From the NCBI GenBank assembly GCA_964565935.1, contig CAZMGW010000002.1, forward strand, positions 2,072 to 66,071: a stretch of DNA of 64,000 nt. Reading direction: 5' to 3'. A program made the position numbers and the translations under genes. Numbering within the stretch: the first letter of the stretch is position 1; every line of letters begins with the position of its first letter. The stretch is from an uncultured Coxiellaceae bacterium (GTDB lineage Bacteria > Pseudomonadota > Gammaproteobacteria > UBA9339). Of this stretch, positions 1-9,928 are shown one piece after another. Below the pieces are notes generated by a model. The model was given only the letters and a program-made list of their open reading frames with translations. It was not told where the DNA came from and ran no database searches.

Positions 1-425
1 AATCTTTTGTATGAAGGCGCTGCGTGTTCCAGCCAGGCGTTTAGGTTGGGGAGCAAATTAGTATTTTTAGAGTCGTTTTCTATAAGAGTTTGCATGGCGC
101 CACACTCTGAGTGGCCGCAAATTATTATGTCTTGCACATTTAGGCTAAGCAGAGAAAATTCTATAGTAGCGGCAACAGAAATGTCTGTTGCATGACCGCA
201 TCGAGAACTGCAGCAGCATGGCGGAATTAAATTTCCTATATTGCGGAGCACAAATAAATCGCCAGGATCGCTTGATGCAAAAACATTAGGCACCACTCTG
301 CTATCACAACACGCAACAAAAAGAGCGTCCGGAGATTGCTGTAACGCTAGTTTTGAGAATTTTGAGCGATATTCTGATCGAGAATTTTTTCTAAAGTCAA
401 TTATGCCTTTTATTAGTTTTTTCAT
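1..425 (-). CDS. beta-class carbonic anhydrase (partial; 3' end runs off the window start)
   Basis: Own translation of the minus strand from the ATG at 425 gives MKKLIKGIIDFRKN...LFVACCDSRVVPNVF...VLRNIGNLIP...IIICGHSECGAM. It contains the CxDSR and HxxC zinc-ligand motifs of beta-CAs. It is absent from the ORF track because there is no stop in the window. Plus-strand ORFs 7..195 and 241..471 are antisense to it. Confidence 0.8.
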   Translation of the reverse strand, partial: MKKLIKGIIDFRKNSRSEYRSKFSKLALQQSPDALFVACCDSRVVPNVFASSDPGDLFVLRNIGNLIPPCCCSSRCGHATDISVAATIEFSLLSLNVQDIIICGHSECGAMQTLIENDSKNTNLLPNLNAWLEHAAPSYKR

Positions 426-462
426 TTTGTCTCACACCTTTAAAACGCAGGGCTATTGCGAG

Positions 463-1383
463 TTAATTTAGTGCTCTAGGTAAAGTTAAATGCTCGCGTG
501 CAATCTTGGCTGCTTTAACCCAGTCCACGATAATTTTGTGGTTTTTGGTAGTTGCGGTTATAACATCGAAAACCGGTTTAACGCTTTCGCCCATTTCAAT
601 GCGTTGCTCTAATAAGGGCATATGCGCTTCTAAGTAGAGTTTTTTACCCGACCATCCGGCTTTGTAAGGTTTATTTATGATAACTACGCGCGTACCGATA
701 TCAACCATGTTGTATAGTTGTTTAATGTCCGGCTCATATAAGCGAATACACCCGGCCGTACTTCTGCGGCCAACACCCGAAGGCAAATTAGTGCCGTGGA
801 TTAAATATTTTTGTTGCGATAATCGCAGAGCATAATGACCCAATGGGTTGTCTGGGCCAGGCGGAATGGAGCGAGGAACTTTATCGCCAATTGACTGGCG
901 GAATTTATATATCGATTCTGGCACCACCCAAGTTGGGTTTTTGATTTTATTGACTATTGTCATCTCTCCCGTTGGGGTTTCCCAGTCTTCTTTGCCAATC
1001 CCGATTGGATAAATGTGGATTTTATTTGTATTTTTGGGTTGGTAATAAAGTCGCATTTCAGCCAGGTTGATTACCATGGTGTTTGATTTTAGTTCCAGAG
1101 GTAGAATATATTGAGTTGGTATTACTAAGACTGTGCCAATTGCCGGGTTATCTGGGTTAATGCCTGGGTTAGCCTCGAATATTTCGTAATACCCAACGCT
1201 AAATTTTTCAGCAATATCAGAAAAATTTTCGTCGCCAGACCTTATTTGCGCGGTTTTTGCCTCACCAACCAGAGTATATCCGTGTTTGGGTAGGTCAAAA
1301 GTTAGTCCATAGCCAATAAGAGGAAAAACCAAAATTAAAATCGAAATAAAAAATTTATTCATATGTTTTTTAATAATCAGCAT
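463..1383 (-). CDS. L,D-transpeptidase (YkuD/ErfK family) with LysM-like N-terminal domain
   Basis: Signal-peptide-like [17 protein letters not shown]. LysM-like segment (...[20 protein letters not shown]...VLVIP). Catalytic motif LIHGTN...STAGCIRL. The true start may be the Met at 1362. Confidence 0.85.
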   Translation of the reverse strand: MLIIKKHMNKFFISILILVFPLIGYGLTFDLPKHGYTLVGEAKTAQIRSGDENFSDIAEKFSVGYYEIFEANPGINPDNPAIGTVLVIPTQYILPLELKSNTMVINLAEMRLYYQPKNTNKIHIYPIGIGKEDWETPTGEMTIVNKIKNPTWVVPESIYKFRQSIGDKVPRSIPPGPDNPLGHYALRLSQQKYLIHGTNLPSGVGRRSTAGCIRLYEPDIKQLYNMVDIGTRVVIINKPYKAGWSGKKLYLEAHMPLLEQRIEMGESVKPVFDVITATTKNHKIIVDWVKAAKIAREHLTLPRALN

Positions 1384-2785
1384 GCCGTGGTGCTCGTGGG
1401 AAGGGAATAGTATCGCGAATATTTTGGATGCCAGTTACGTACATGATTATTCTTTCAAGCCCTAAGCCAAAGCCAGCGTGAGGAACAGTGCCATAGCGGC
1501 GTAAATCCAAATACCATTTGTAAGTTTCTTTGTTCAAACCTAGTTCATCCATGCGTCTGCACAAAACGTCGTAACGCTCTTCGCGCTGACTGCCGCCAAT
1601 TATTTCGCCAACCCCTGGGACCAAAACATCCATCGCCGCGACAGTTTTTTCATCATCGTTGACCCGCATGTAAAAGCTCTTTATTTCCTTGGGATAATTC
1701 ATTAGAACTAAAGGGCCATTAATCAGTTCTTCAGCTAAATAACGTTCATGTTCGGTTTGCAAATCTACGCCCCACTTAACAGGGAAAGCAAAATCTTTAT
1801 TGGCTTTTTGTAAAAGAGTAATTGCATCGGTGTAATCCATGTAAACAAAGTCGCTTTGGACGATTTTTTCTAAACGTGCAATGCAGTCTTTATCAACGCG
1901 TTCGGCAAAAAACGCCATGTCGTCTTTACACTCTTCAAGTACGACTTTGGCAAGATAACGGATCATGTCTGCAGCTAAATCAGCGTCAACTTTTAGGTCA
2001 GCAAAGGCGATTTCTGGTTCAACCATCCAAAATTCGGCTAAATGTCTGCTGGTGTTTGAGTTTTCAGCACGAAAGGTTGGTCCGAAAGTGTAAACTTTAG
2101 TTAAAGCTTCGCAGTAAGATTCAACGTTTAATTGGCCAGAGACTGTTAAAAATGCTTCGCGACCGAAAAAATCCTTGTCAAAGTCGACTTTTTTATCTGG
2201 TGTGAAAGGAATGTTGGCTAAATCCAAAGTGGTTACGCGTAAGAGTTGACCTGCGCCTTCGCAGTCGCTTGAGGTTATAATTGGCGTATGAATCCAGTAA
2301 AAACCGCGTTCATGCAAAAAGCGGTGAATTGCCATCGAAAGGCAGTGGCGAACACGAGTGACGGCGCTGATAATGTTGGTGCGTGGACGTAAATGGGCAT
2401 ATTCGCGCAAGTATTCTACAGTGTGATACTTTGGCGAAATAGGGTAGGTGTCTGGATCTTCAACCCAACCCACAACTTCAATATTTTCTGCTTGTAGTTC
2501 AACAGGTTGGCCTTCAGCCGGGGACGCGATTAGTTTTCCAGTGACAATTATCGAGCAACCGGCGGTTAACTTTAAAATTTCGTTTTGATAATTTGTGAGC
2601 GTATTAGCTGCAACTACTTGTAACGGTTTAAATCCAGAGCCATCACTTATGGCTATGAATGAAACTCCAGCTTTAGAGTCGCGACGTGTGCGGACCCAAC
2701 CATGAACTGTAACAGCCGAATCGACCGGGATTTTACCAGCAAGCAAATCTGCAGTTGTGTAAATTGATCGATGTTTTTTTTGCAT
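1370..2785 (-). CDS. asnS: asparaginyl-tRNA synthetase
   Basis: 471 aa class IIb aaRS. OB-fold N-terminus, [29 protein letters not shown] and GFGLGLERI motifs. Confidence 0.95.
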   Translation of the reverse strand: MQKKHRSIYTTADLLAGKIPVDSAVTVHGWVRTRRDSKAGVSFIAISDGSGFKPLQVVAANTLTNYQNEILKLTAGCSIIVTGKLIASPAEGQPVELQAENIEVVGWVEDPDTYPISPKYHTVEYLREYAHLRPRTNIISAVTRVRHCLSMAIHRFLHERGFYWIHTPIITSSDCEGAGQLLRVTTLDLANIPFTPDKKVDFDKDFFGREAFLTVSGQLNVESYCEALTKVYTFGPTFRAENSNTSRHLAEFWMVEPEIAFADLKVDADLAADMIRYLAKVVLEECKDDMAFFAERVDKDCIARLEKIVQSDFVYMDYTDAITLLQKANKDFAFPVKWGVDLQTEHERYLAEELINGPLVLMNYPKEIKSFYMRVNDDEKTVAAMDVLVPGVGEIIGGSQREERYDVLCRRMDELGLNKETYKWYLDLRRYGTVPHAGFGLGLERIIMYVTGIQNIRDTIPFPRAPRHADY

Positions 2786-2796
2786 GTCTAGCTACC

Positions 2797-3504
2797 TCAT
2801 AAATTAGAGATTTCTAAAATACTTTTTACAAACGGTATAGTCAATTTTCTTTGTGCGGCAAGGGCGGCTTTATCTAATTTATCGAGCGTTGCAAATAAGC
2901 TTTTTGTGTCTCGCGCATAGTTATTTAATAAAAATTGCGCTACTACATCGTTGAGCTCTAGCCCTCGCAATTGGGCGCGCAACTTTAGTGCTTCGATTTT
3001 TTCTGGATCTGTTAAGGCCGATACTTCAAAAATTAATCCAGCAGACATCCGTGATTTTAAGTCGGGTAAGCCCAAAGCCAAAGCGTGCGGCGCCGCATTG
3101 GCTGTAATGACTATGCGCTTGTTATTTTCAACTGTTTTGTTAAAACAGTGAAAGATTTTTTCTTCCCAAACCGAATCATTGGCTATCAAATTCAAATCAT
3201 CAATGCAAAGGAGGTCTAGTTTTTCCAGATCATCAAGCATTTGTGGATTAAGTTGTTTTGTATCTTCAAGTGGCAGGTAAGCGGCTGCTAAACCATGATC
3301 ACTGAATGACTGACACAACGCACTGAGCAAATGGCTTTTGCCAACGTTTTGTTTGCCCCAAAAGTAAATAAAATGCCCCGCGTTGTTTTTATACAAACCA
3401 CTTAAAAGCTCGGCTAATTGTTTGTTTTTGCTGGAAAAAAAATTAGCAAAACTTGCTGTGTCTTTAAGGCACAGGTTTAGCGCTAATTGCTTGAGATTGT
3501 TCAT
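2797..3504 (-). CDS. hda: DnaA regulatory inactivator Hda
   Basis: 235 aa DnaA-like AAA+ module. Walker A GKQNVGKSHLL and Walker B LLCIDDL. The size is typical of Hda. Confidence 0.85.
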   Translation of the reverse strand: MNNLKQLALNLCLKDTASFANFFSSKNKQLAELLSGLYKNNAGHFIYFWGKQNVGKSHLLSALCQSFSDHGLAAAYLPLEDTKQLNPQMLDDLEKLDLLCIDDLNLIANDSVWEEKIFHCFNKTVENNKRIVITANAAPHALALGLPDLKSRMSAGLIFEVSALTDPEKIEALKLRAQLRGLELNDVVAQFLLNNYARDTKSLFATLDKLDKAALAAQRKLTIPFVKSILEISNL

Positions 3505-4762
3505 TGCTTGCAGTAACCCATTTGTAATCTAAATCAACTCCAGTAGGGGAGGTTGTTACGTCAGTATTGCGCACTAATTTGGTTTGTGCATTCAGCGCTG
3601 TTAATAATGCTTGTGAGTCGCCAATAGTGTTTATGCTTAATTCGACCTCTGTAGCATTAAGCTTGGCTAAATCAACTTGAGCTACCTGGCTGAAAGTAGT
3701 TAGATATCTTACAACCTCATTATATTGGTTTAAATCGTTAACGTTAGTGATTCGTAATGTTAATTTTTTTGATTGGCTAGCTGATTGTTGCGATGCATTT
3801 GTAATAATTGGCGCCAGCGCGCGTGTCGCTTGCATAATTACATCATTCGCAGTTATGCCCGTAAAGTTGAAGTTGTCACTTCTGTTGTCACGTAGCAAAA
3901 TCCATTGGCTGGTCCAAACATTGCCTGTGGCCGGCTGTTTAATACAACCAGCAACAATAGTGTTGGTCCCATAGCGTTTTGAAGCATCTTTAATTGCTGC
4001 AGCATTCAAATTACATATGTCCTCGGCTTTAATGCGATTGACCTCTTGTAGATCCGATACAGGAAGCAGGATTGGCAAACCAAAGGTTTGTGCGTTTTTC
4101 TGTAAAACAGGCACTATCATATCGTTGCTGCTTTCATCTTCCATAATTTTATTGCCAGATACATCCTTAACTAACCATACTAAAGCTTGGTTTTTGTCGG
4201 CAATAGGTTTGGGTGGTGCTGCTTGTGTCAGTTGCAAAAGTTGTGTTACCGCTGTTTGGTTAAACTGAATTTGCAAGAACCAAATTGGTTGGCCAGTTGC
4301 ATTATTGCGAGGCACATAAGTGTAGCGTTGTACATAAGCACTAGGGTTAGAAAGAGCTGTTTTAATTGTTGGGAGGGTGGTGATTTTTGGGTCTTTGCTG
4401 TTTTGTGCTATAACCTGCTCTAATGCCGCAGTAAAGCTTTGTTTGCGTTCTTCTTCGCTATTGCCGCTTACTTGTAGTTCGACCATATAAGGCTGTTGGG
4501 GTTGAGTAGGTGCTGGCAAGGATGGGGTTGTTGGTGGGGAGGTTGCTGTATTGGGTACCGTTGCTTGTGATAATTGGGGCGGTGTAGTTTGTTTTGGTTG
4601 TGGGGCAATAATAGAGGGTTGGGGTGTATTTGCGACCGCTGATAAAGATATTGATTGTGGCTGATAAATGTTTTGTCTGGTTGTTTGAATGGCAAGAGTG
4701 CTAGTGGCGATTAACATATTAATGCAAATAAGCACGATAATTTTCGTCATTTTATTTCTCAT
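3464..4762 (-). CDS. secreted protein with P/Q-rich linker, DUF2066-like (hda-adjacent conserved hypothetical)
   Basis: The ORF is 3464..4885. The likely start is at 4762 or 4750 (MRNKMTKIIVLICINMLIATSTLA signal peptide). A Pro/Gln/Thr-rich low-complexity stretch follows. The position next to hda matches the DUF2066 gene of other gammaproteobacteria; that link is from memory. Confidence 0.55.
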   Translation of the reverse strand: MRNKMTKIIVLICINMLIATSTLAIQTTRQNIYQPQSISLSAVANTPQPSIIAPQPKQTTPPQLSQATVPNTATSPPTTPSLPAPTQPQQPYMVELQVSGNSEEERKQSFTAALEQVIAQNSKDPKITTLPTIKTALSNPSAYVQRYTYVPRNNATGQPIWFLQIQFNQTAVTQLLQLTQAAPPKPIADKNQALVWLVKDVSGNKIMEDESSNDMIVPVLQKNAQTFGLPILLPVSDLQEVNRIKAEDICNLNAAAIKDASKRYGTNTIVAGCIKQPATGNVWTSQWILLRDNRSDNFNFTGITANDVIMQATRALAPIITNASQQSASQSKKLTLRITNVNDLNQYNEVVRYLTTFSQVAQVDLAKLNATEVELSINTIGDSQALLTALNAQTKLVRNTDVTTSPTGVDLDYKWVTASNEQSQAISAKPVP

Positions 4763-4939
4763 AACCCTTGGATTGTAATAACATTTTTCTTGGTTTAAAA
4801 AGTTGTTTTTTTGTGGCAGCACTATGTCCATAATTAATAATTTAGTTGATGATAAAAAAATATCATAGAAATGATGACTTGGCACTAAATTTAAGTATAA
4901 TGATGAAAATTAACACAATTAGGTATAGAGGATTTTAAT

Positions 4940-5266
4940 ATGGTTAAATCTGAACTTATTGCGCGTATTGTAAGCAAATTTCAACAATTACCTGAAAAAG
5001 ATATCGAGTTGGGTATCAATCAAATTTTAGAGTGTATGAGCGTGGCTTTAGCCAAGGGGGAGCGTATAGAAGTTCGTGGTTTTGGTAGCTTCTCGCTTCA
5101 TCACAGACCGTCTCGCAATGCTCATAATCCGCGCACTGGTGAAAAAGTAGTAACCATGCCAAAATATGCGCCTCACTTCAAACCAGGTAAGCAAATTCGT
5201 GACCGTGTTAACGAGTCTCGCCTTAAAAATATCCCCATTATGCAAGATGATAGGGAAGAAGATTAG
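4940..5266 (+). CDS. ihfB: integration host factor beta subunit
   Basis: 108 aa HU/IHF fold. GERIEVRGFGSFSLHHRPSRNAHNPRTGEKV...PHFKPGK closely follows E. coli IhfB. Confidence 0.9.
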   Translation: MVKSELIARIVSKFQQLPEKDIELGINQILECMSVALAKGERIEVRGFGSFSLHHRPSRNAHNPRTGEKVVTMPKYAPHFKPGKQIRDRVNESRLKNIPIMQDDREED

Positions 5267-5338
5267 AATCCATTTCTAAAAAATTAGTCCTCTGAATTTC
5301 AGTTCTTTGGTATGTTCTGCGCTAGTTTAAATAATTGC

Positions 5339-6226
5339 TTATTGGTTGTCTTGCCAAGCAAGCTTACCGGAGCGGCCTTCAACTTCTTTTTGAATTAATT
5401 CGCAAACAGGAAAGTCACAGGATTTTGCAATTTCGCTTAAAGTTGTAAATTGGACATTTTGTTTTTCTAGTTCAAGCAAAAATGCACGAAACCAAGTTGC
5501 GTATTTCATGCCTTCAAGTTCAGAATGAATCGTCAAAACGTTCGGCACATCTGATTTTAATAACGATAAATAATGACCAATAATTTTTTCTTGAGGGAAT
5601 TCCGGTCGTCCCAAAAGCTCATCTAGGGTGGGTAGGGTGGTTGGAATTTGCAGAGTTTTATAAATTTTATCGCCAACCTTGGGGAAAAATGGCGATGTGC
5701 CGCGGCAGTCGCTGGCATAAATAAAATTGGCTTGGTCATAAATCTCTAGGGTTTTTTCGTTGGCTTGCCAGCCTGGAGCGGCTGCGGTCGTGGCCGGCTG
5801 ACCAAAAATGCGTTGAAATTCGTCCAATGCTTTTTGAAATTCCGCCGCAATTTTTTCTTGTGGCATTAGCGCCACACCATCTTGCCATTTTTGATGGTCG
5901 TAGGTGTGAATGCCAACATCAAAGCCTTGTTCTTTGATCGTGCGAAGGAGCATTTCGTGTTTTTTGCCGATGTGTGGCCCTGGGAGCAATACTCCATTTA
6001 GCAAAGTACGAAGGCCATAGGTGCTGATGACGCTCGTGCGGGCGCATTTTTTAAAGAAGCCTTTGCGGAAGATTCGTTTGATGGCGCGGCCGGTGTTGTC
6101 CGGGCCAAGTGATAAGTAAAAAGTTGCGGGAACTTGCAGGTCTTTGAGCATGACCATTAAATTTGGGGTGCCAATGCGCGTGCCAATTTCTGTGTCTACA
6201 TCAATTTTAATTGCGAGTGTTGTCAT
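5339..6226 (-). CDS. arnD: 4-deoxy-4-formamido-L-arabinose-phosphoundecaprenol deformylase (polysaccharide deacetylase family)
   Basis: 295 aa. KIDVDT...GPDN...HTYDH...IPTTLPT pattern collinear with E. coli ArnD. Last gene of the arn run. Confidence 0.8.
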   Translation of the reverse strand: MTTLAIKIDVDTEIGTRIGTPNLMVMLKDLQVPATFYLSLGPDNTGRAIKRIFRKGFFKKCARTSVISTYGLRTLLNGVLLPGPHIGKKHEMLLRTIKEQGFDVGIHTYDHQKWQDGVALMPQEKIAAEFQKALDEFQRIFGQPATTAAAPGWQANEKTLEIYDQANFIYASDCRGTSPFFPKVGDKIYKTLQIPTTLPTLDELLGRPEFPQEKIIGHYLSLLKSDVPNVLTIHSELEGMKYATWFRAFLLELEKQNVQFTTLSEIAKSCDFPVCELIQKEVEGRSGKLAWQDNQ

Positions 6227-6236
6227 GGGGTAAGAA

Positions 6237-7250
6237 TTACTTTAAATAATAATCCATAGTTTTTTCTAGCGCCGCTTCTAAATCAGTTTTTGGTTCCCAG
6301 CCTAAAATTTCCCGCGCGCGTTTAATTGATGGGACGCGGTTTTGAACGTCCTGATAGCCGCTACCATAGTAAGTATTTGATTGTGTATTGACGATTTTAA
6401 TTTTTTCAACCTGGGCTTGATATTTCGGATATTTTTTGGCTAGCTCCAATATTTTTTCAGCAACTTCGCGGATTGAAGCGTTATTTTTGGGGTTGCCGAT
6501 GTTGATGATTTTGCCTTCGACACACCTATCTTTATTGTCGATAACTTTTACTAATGCTTCGATTGCATCATCAATATAGGTGAAGCTACGTTTTTGCTCG
6601 CCTCCATCAACCAACTGAAAGTCTTTGCCGTAAAAGATGTTGCTGATGAGTTGGGTTATGAGGCGTACTCCCCCTTTGGGTAAGTTATGAATGTCGTCTT
6701 GGGTTGGTCCAATCCAATTAAATGGGCGGAACAAAGTGAATTTTAAATCAGAATGATTGCCATAGGCGTAAATTATTCGATCCATCAATTGCTTAGAACA
6801 AGAGTAAATCCAGCGTTCTTTGTTGATTGGGCCTTGCATCAGGGGGCTGGTTTCTTCGTCAAATTCTGCGTCCGGACTCATGCCGTATACTTCCGAGGTG
6901 GATGGGAATACCAGGTGTTTTTTAAATTGCACGCACTGGCGGACGGTTGGTAAATTGGCTTCGAAATCGAGTTCAAATACGCGCAATGGATCAGTAACGT
7001 AGGTGGCAGGAGTGGCAATTGCAACCAAAGGTAAAATTACATCACACTTTTTAATATGATCAGTAATCCATTCCTGATTAGTAGTAATATCCCCTTTGGT
7101 GAAGTGTAGGCGAGGGTTGTCGAGACTGTGCTCAAGTTTGTTAGCGGCAAGATCCATGCCATAAACTTCCCAGTCGGTGTCTGCTAGAATTTTTTTGGTT
7201 AATTGGTTGCCAATGAAACCATTAATGCCAAGGATAAGGACTGTTTTCAT
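6237..7250 (-). CDS. arnA: UDP-glucuronate decarboxylase, stand-alone ArnA C-terminal (dehydrogenase) domain; no formyltransferase domain
   Basis: 337 aa. VLILGINGFIGN Rossmann motif, PLVAIATPA, FPSTSEVYGM, YSCSKQL, FRPFNWIGP. Collinear with residues ~315-660 of E. coli ArnA only. Confidence 0.85.
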   Translation of the reverse strand: MKTVLILGINGFIGNQLTKKILADTDWEVYGMDLAANKLEHSLDNPRLHFTKGDITTNQEWITDHIKKCDVILPLVAIATPATYVTDPLRVFELDFEANLPTVRQCVQFKKHLVFPSTSEVYGMSPDAEFDEETSPLMQGPINKERWIYSCSKQLMDRIIYAYGNHSDLKFTLFRPFNWIGPTQDDIHNLPKGGVRLITQLISNIFYGKDFQLVDGGEQKRSFTYIDDAIEALVKVIDNKDRCVEGKIINIGNPKNNASIREVAEKILELAKKYPKYQAQVEKIKIVNTQSNTYYGSGYQDVQNRVPSIKRAREILGWEPKTDLEAALEKTMDYYLK

Positions 7251-8187
7251 CTGTTTTTGCTCCTAGAACTGTTTTAACTGCAAATCGTGGACGGTGTTGT
7301 ACTTCTTTATAAATGCGACCGATATATTCGCCCATAATGCCAAGCCCCATTAATATCACACCAATTAAGAAAAATAAAATAGCGAATAAGGTGAATGTGC
7401 CTTCAGCTTCCGGACCGATAATTAAACGACGAATGAATAAAAAGGCAACAAAAACTATGCTTAGGAAGGAAATTCCTAGGCCGAATAGGGTGAAAATTTG
7501 CAGGGGTATTAAGGAATATCCGGTCATTAAATCGAAATTCAGGCGGATAAGATCATATAAGCGATATTTAGATTGGCCCTCAAAACGAGCCGCATGATCA
7601 ACTTTAACCTCAGCTGGGTTAGTGGCATAAGTATGTGCTAGTGCAGGTATAAAAATATTGGATTCTTTGCCAGCAATAATCAGGTCGATAACGTTTCTGC
7701 TGTAAGCTCGTAACATGCAGCCGTGATCGGTCATGTTGAGGTTAGTGATTAGGGCGCGTGCTTTATTAACTAAAATCGACACATTGCGGCGAAACCAGCT
7801 GTCTTTGCGCTCATACAGGCGCACTCCACTTACTAGGTCGTGTCCTTTTTCCATTAGTTCGAGCAATTTTGGGATTTCTTCTGGGGGGTTTTGTAGATCA
7901 GAATCTAAGGTTACTACTATATTGCCTTGTGATAACTCAAACCCGGCAATCACAGCCATGTGTTGGCCAAAATTGCGGCGAAAATCTATGACGCGGACTT
8001 GGGTGGGGCGGCGGTTGTAAAGTTCTGTCAAAACTTTCATTGAGGTATCTTTGCTTCCATCATTGGTAAAGATAATTTCATAGGTTTTGTTTAGCTTGTC
8101 CAGGGTGGCAGTTAGGCGCGCAAATAAATTTTCTAGATTTCCCGCTTCGTTGTAAACGGGGATGACGACGCTGATGTATGGTTTCAT
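7222..8187 (-). CDS. arnC: undecaprenyl-phosphate 4-deoxy-4-formamido-L-arabinose transferase (GT2)
   Basis: 321 aa. SVVIPVYNE, DGSKD, DSDLQNPPEEIPKL, two C-terminal TM helices, GEYIGRIY. Collinear with E. coli ArnC. Confidence 0.9.
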   Translation of the reverse strand: MKPYISVVIPVYNEAGNLENLFARLTATLDKLNKTYEIIFTNDGSKDTSMKVLTELYNRRPTQVRVIDFRRNFGQHMAVIAGFELSQGNIVVTLDSDLQNPPEEIPKLLELMEKGHDLVSGVRLYERKDSWFRRNVSILVNKARALITNLNMTDHGCMLRAYSRNVIDLIIAGKESNIFIPALAHTYATNPAEVKVDHAARFEGQSKYRLYDLIRLNFDLMTGYSLIPLQIFTLFGLGISFLSIVFVAFLFIRRLIIGPEAEGTFTLFAILFFLIGVILMGLGIMGEYIGRIYKEVQHRPRFAVKTVLGAKTDENSPYPWH

Positions 8188-8190
8188 GGT

Positions 8191-9345
8191 TTACCTCTTA
8201 AAAGTTTTTTTCATCGCTGCAATTACGCGATCTTGATCGTTTAGTGTCATTGTAGCGAAAAGTGGCAGAGATACAATTCGATCGGAAATTATTTCTGCGT
8301 TAGGAAATTGCCCGCGTTTATAGCCGTAAGTCTGTTGATAATAAGTATATAAATGTGCGGCGTGATGGTGGTAGCCAGTGCCGATGTTGTGTTCTTTCAT
8401 ATGCTCCATAAACGTATTGCGATCCATATTAGCGATTTCGGTATTAATTAACGGCGCGTAGAGATACCAGGAAACACGGCAATCATAATTTGGTAGTTGC
8501 GGTAGAGTTAGCTCTGGCCAGCCAGCTAGTTTTTCATTATAACGATCAACCAATAGTTGGCGCTTGGCAATAAAGCTTTCTAGCTCTTCTAACTGATGAA
8601 TGCCAATTGCCGCTTGTAAATCGAGCATATTATATTTATAGCCTGGTTGGATGACATCGTAATCTTGACTGCCGCCTTTTTCATGGCGGTTAAACGCCTC
8701 ACGATCAATGCCGTGAAAGCGTTGAATTTTAACTTCTTGTGCCAGTTTGTCATCACGGGTAGAGATGCAGCCGCCTTCTCCAGTGGTCATGACTTTGTTG
8801 GGGTGGAAACTGAAGGCTTGAGTGTCGCCAAAACTTCCAATAATCTTTCCTTTGTAGTGTGAGCCGATTGCGTGCGCGGAATCTTCAAGCACGCGTAAAT
8901 TGTATTTTTTCGCAATCGCATACAATGGGTCGAGATCAACCGGGATGCCGGCAAAGTGTACCGGAAGGATGGCTTTGGTATTGGGGGTAATTGTGCTTTC
9001 AATTTTAGTAACATCAATATTACGAGTTTTTAAATCGACATCAACTAACACTGGTTTGGCGCCTGCATGGACAATAGTGTTCAGACTTGCAATAAAAGTC
9101 ATTGGGGTTGTGATTACTTCGTCTCCCGGTTTTAGACCAAAACTTTTTAGCGTAAGGTACAGAGCTGCAGTGCCCGAGGTAAGTGCAAGTACGTGTGGCG
9201 ATTCAAAATATTTTTCTAGAGCTTCTTCAAAGCGTTTAACTCTTGGGCCAGTTGCAAGCCATCCTGATTTTAGGCAATCTACCACCTCATCAATGGTTGT
9301 TTGGTTGATCGCTGGAGCTGCAAATTTTAAGAATTCATCTGTCAT
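8191..9345 (-). CDS. arnB: UDP-4-amino-4-deoxy-L-arabinose--oxoglutarate aminotransferase (DegT/DnrJ/EryC1 family)
   Basis: 384 aa. GWLATGPRV, SGTAALYL, EDSAHA, FSFHPNKVMTTGEGG (PLP Lys). Collinear with E. coli ArnB. Confidence 0.9.
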   Translation of the reverse strand: MTDEFLKFAAPAINQTTIDEVVDCLKSGWLATGPRVKRFEEALEKYFESPHVLALTSGTAALYLTLKSFGLKPGDEVITTPMTFIASLNTIVHAGAKPVLVDVDLKTRNIDVTKIESTITPNTKAILPVHFAGIPVDLDPLYAIAKKYNLRVLEDSAHAIGSHYKGKIIGSFGDTQAFSFHPNKVMTTGEGGCISTRDDKLAQEVKIQRFHGIDREAFNRHEKGGSQDYDVIQPGYKYNMLDLQAAIGIHQLEELESFIAKRQLLVDRYNEKLAGWPELTLPQLPNYDCRVSWYLYAPLINTEIANMDRNTFMEHMKEHNIGTGYHHHAAHLYTYYQQTYGYKRGQFPNAEIISDRIVSLPLFATMTLNDQDRVIAAMKKTFKR

Positions 9346-9379
9346 ATTTTAGCCTTATGATTTAAAATTTATATTAGAT

Positions 9380-9523
9380 CACACATCTATGTGCACCGTT
9401 CGACGATATTGTTTTAGGGACGCCGTGAATGCACTTCCATGTGGGCTCGCATTTGACATCCATGTCTCATAGCGCCCCAAAACAATATCGCCTCGGATGC
9501 ATATGATGCGCTGCTTCGTCGGC
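9380..9523. repeat. MITE-like long-hairpin repeat, copy A (between arnE/F-like gene and arnB)
   Basis: Aligns directly with copies at ~12201..12330 and ~51918..52061. The shared core is ttttagggacgccgtgaat..ccatgt.gg...gcatt.gaca.ccatgtctcatagcgccc.aaaa. It is flanked by ~40 nt imperfect inverted arms. Boundaries are approximate. Confidence 0.85.
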
Positions 9524-9535
9524 AGAGTTTATAGG

Positions 9536-9907
9536 TTAACTCCTCGCCACCATATAAACGCCGAGCAATATTACAGCAATTCCCACAATTCTTATTATGG
9601 ATAAATCTTCACCTAATAAATAATAAGCCGCAATCGCACTTGTAACATAGGCAAGGCTGGATAATGGATATGCAATGCTTACTTGTGTGCGTGAAAGAAC
9701 CATTAACCACACCCCCACACTGCCAACATAAATAAATATTCCTATAATAATCCATGGAGAAGCAATAACTTTTAAAATTATAGGAATGAAGTTTGACCAG
9801 TGAAAAATAAATGTACCAATTTGTCCCATACCTATTTTAAAAACCAGTTGGGCTACGGTATTAAAAACCACAGCAAGTAAAATTAAGGTAAATATTGTAA
9901 TGTTCAT
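9536..9907 (-). CDS. small EamA/SMR-like 4-TM membrane protein, ArnE/ArnF-like flippase subunit
   Basis: 123 aa with four hydrophobic helices, located between arnT and arnB. Only one such subunit is present here. Confidence 0.6.
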   Translation of the reverse strand: MNITIFTLILLAVVFNTVAQLVFKIGMGQIGTFIFHWSNFIPIILKVIASPWIIIGIFIYVGSVGVWLMVLSRTQVSIAYPLSSLAYVTSAIAAYYLLGEDLSIIRIVGIAVILLGVYMVARS

Positions 9908-9928
9908 AAATGTTAAAGTTGATTAGAA

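Noticed and set aside
7-471. Plus-strand ORFs 7..195 and 241..471
   Set aside because: They lie antisense to a clear beta-carbonic anhydrase reading frame on the minus strand (CxDSR and HxxC motifs). They carry no motifs of their own.
4468-4695. ORF 4468..4695 (-) and other frames across the P/Q-rich region of the DUF2066-like gene
   Set aside because: This is an alternative frame of a low-complexity proline/glutamine-rich coding segment. It is an artefact of the biased composition.
8900-9352. Long antisense ORFs inside conserved genes. Examples are 8900..9352 in arnB, 15735..16112 in the MFS gene, 21284..21721 in bioH, 22113..22556 in bioC, 32397..32885 in valS and 10968..11279 in arnT.
   Set aside because: Each is fully embedded opposite a strongly conserved CDS. 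Their compositions are Ser/Arg/Cys-rich, they have no recognisable motifs, and no start-site signals. I treat them as chance open frames.
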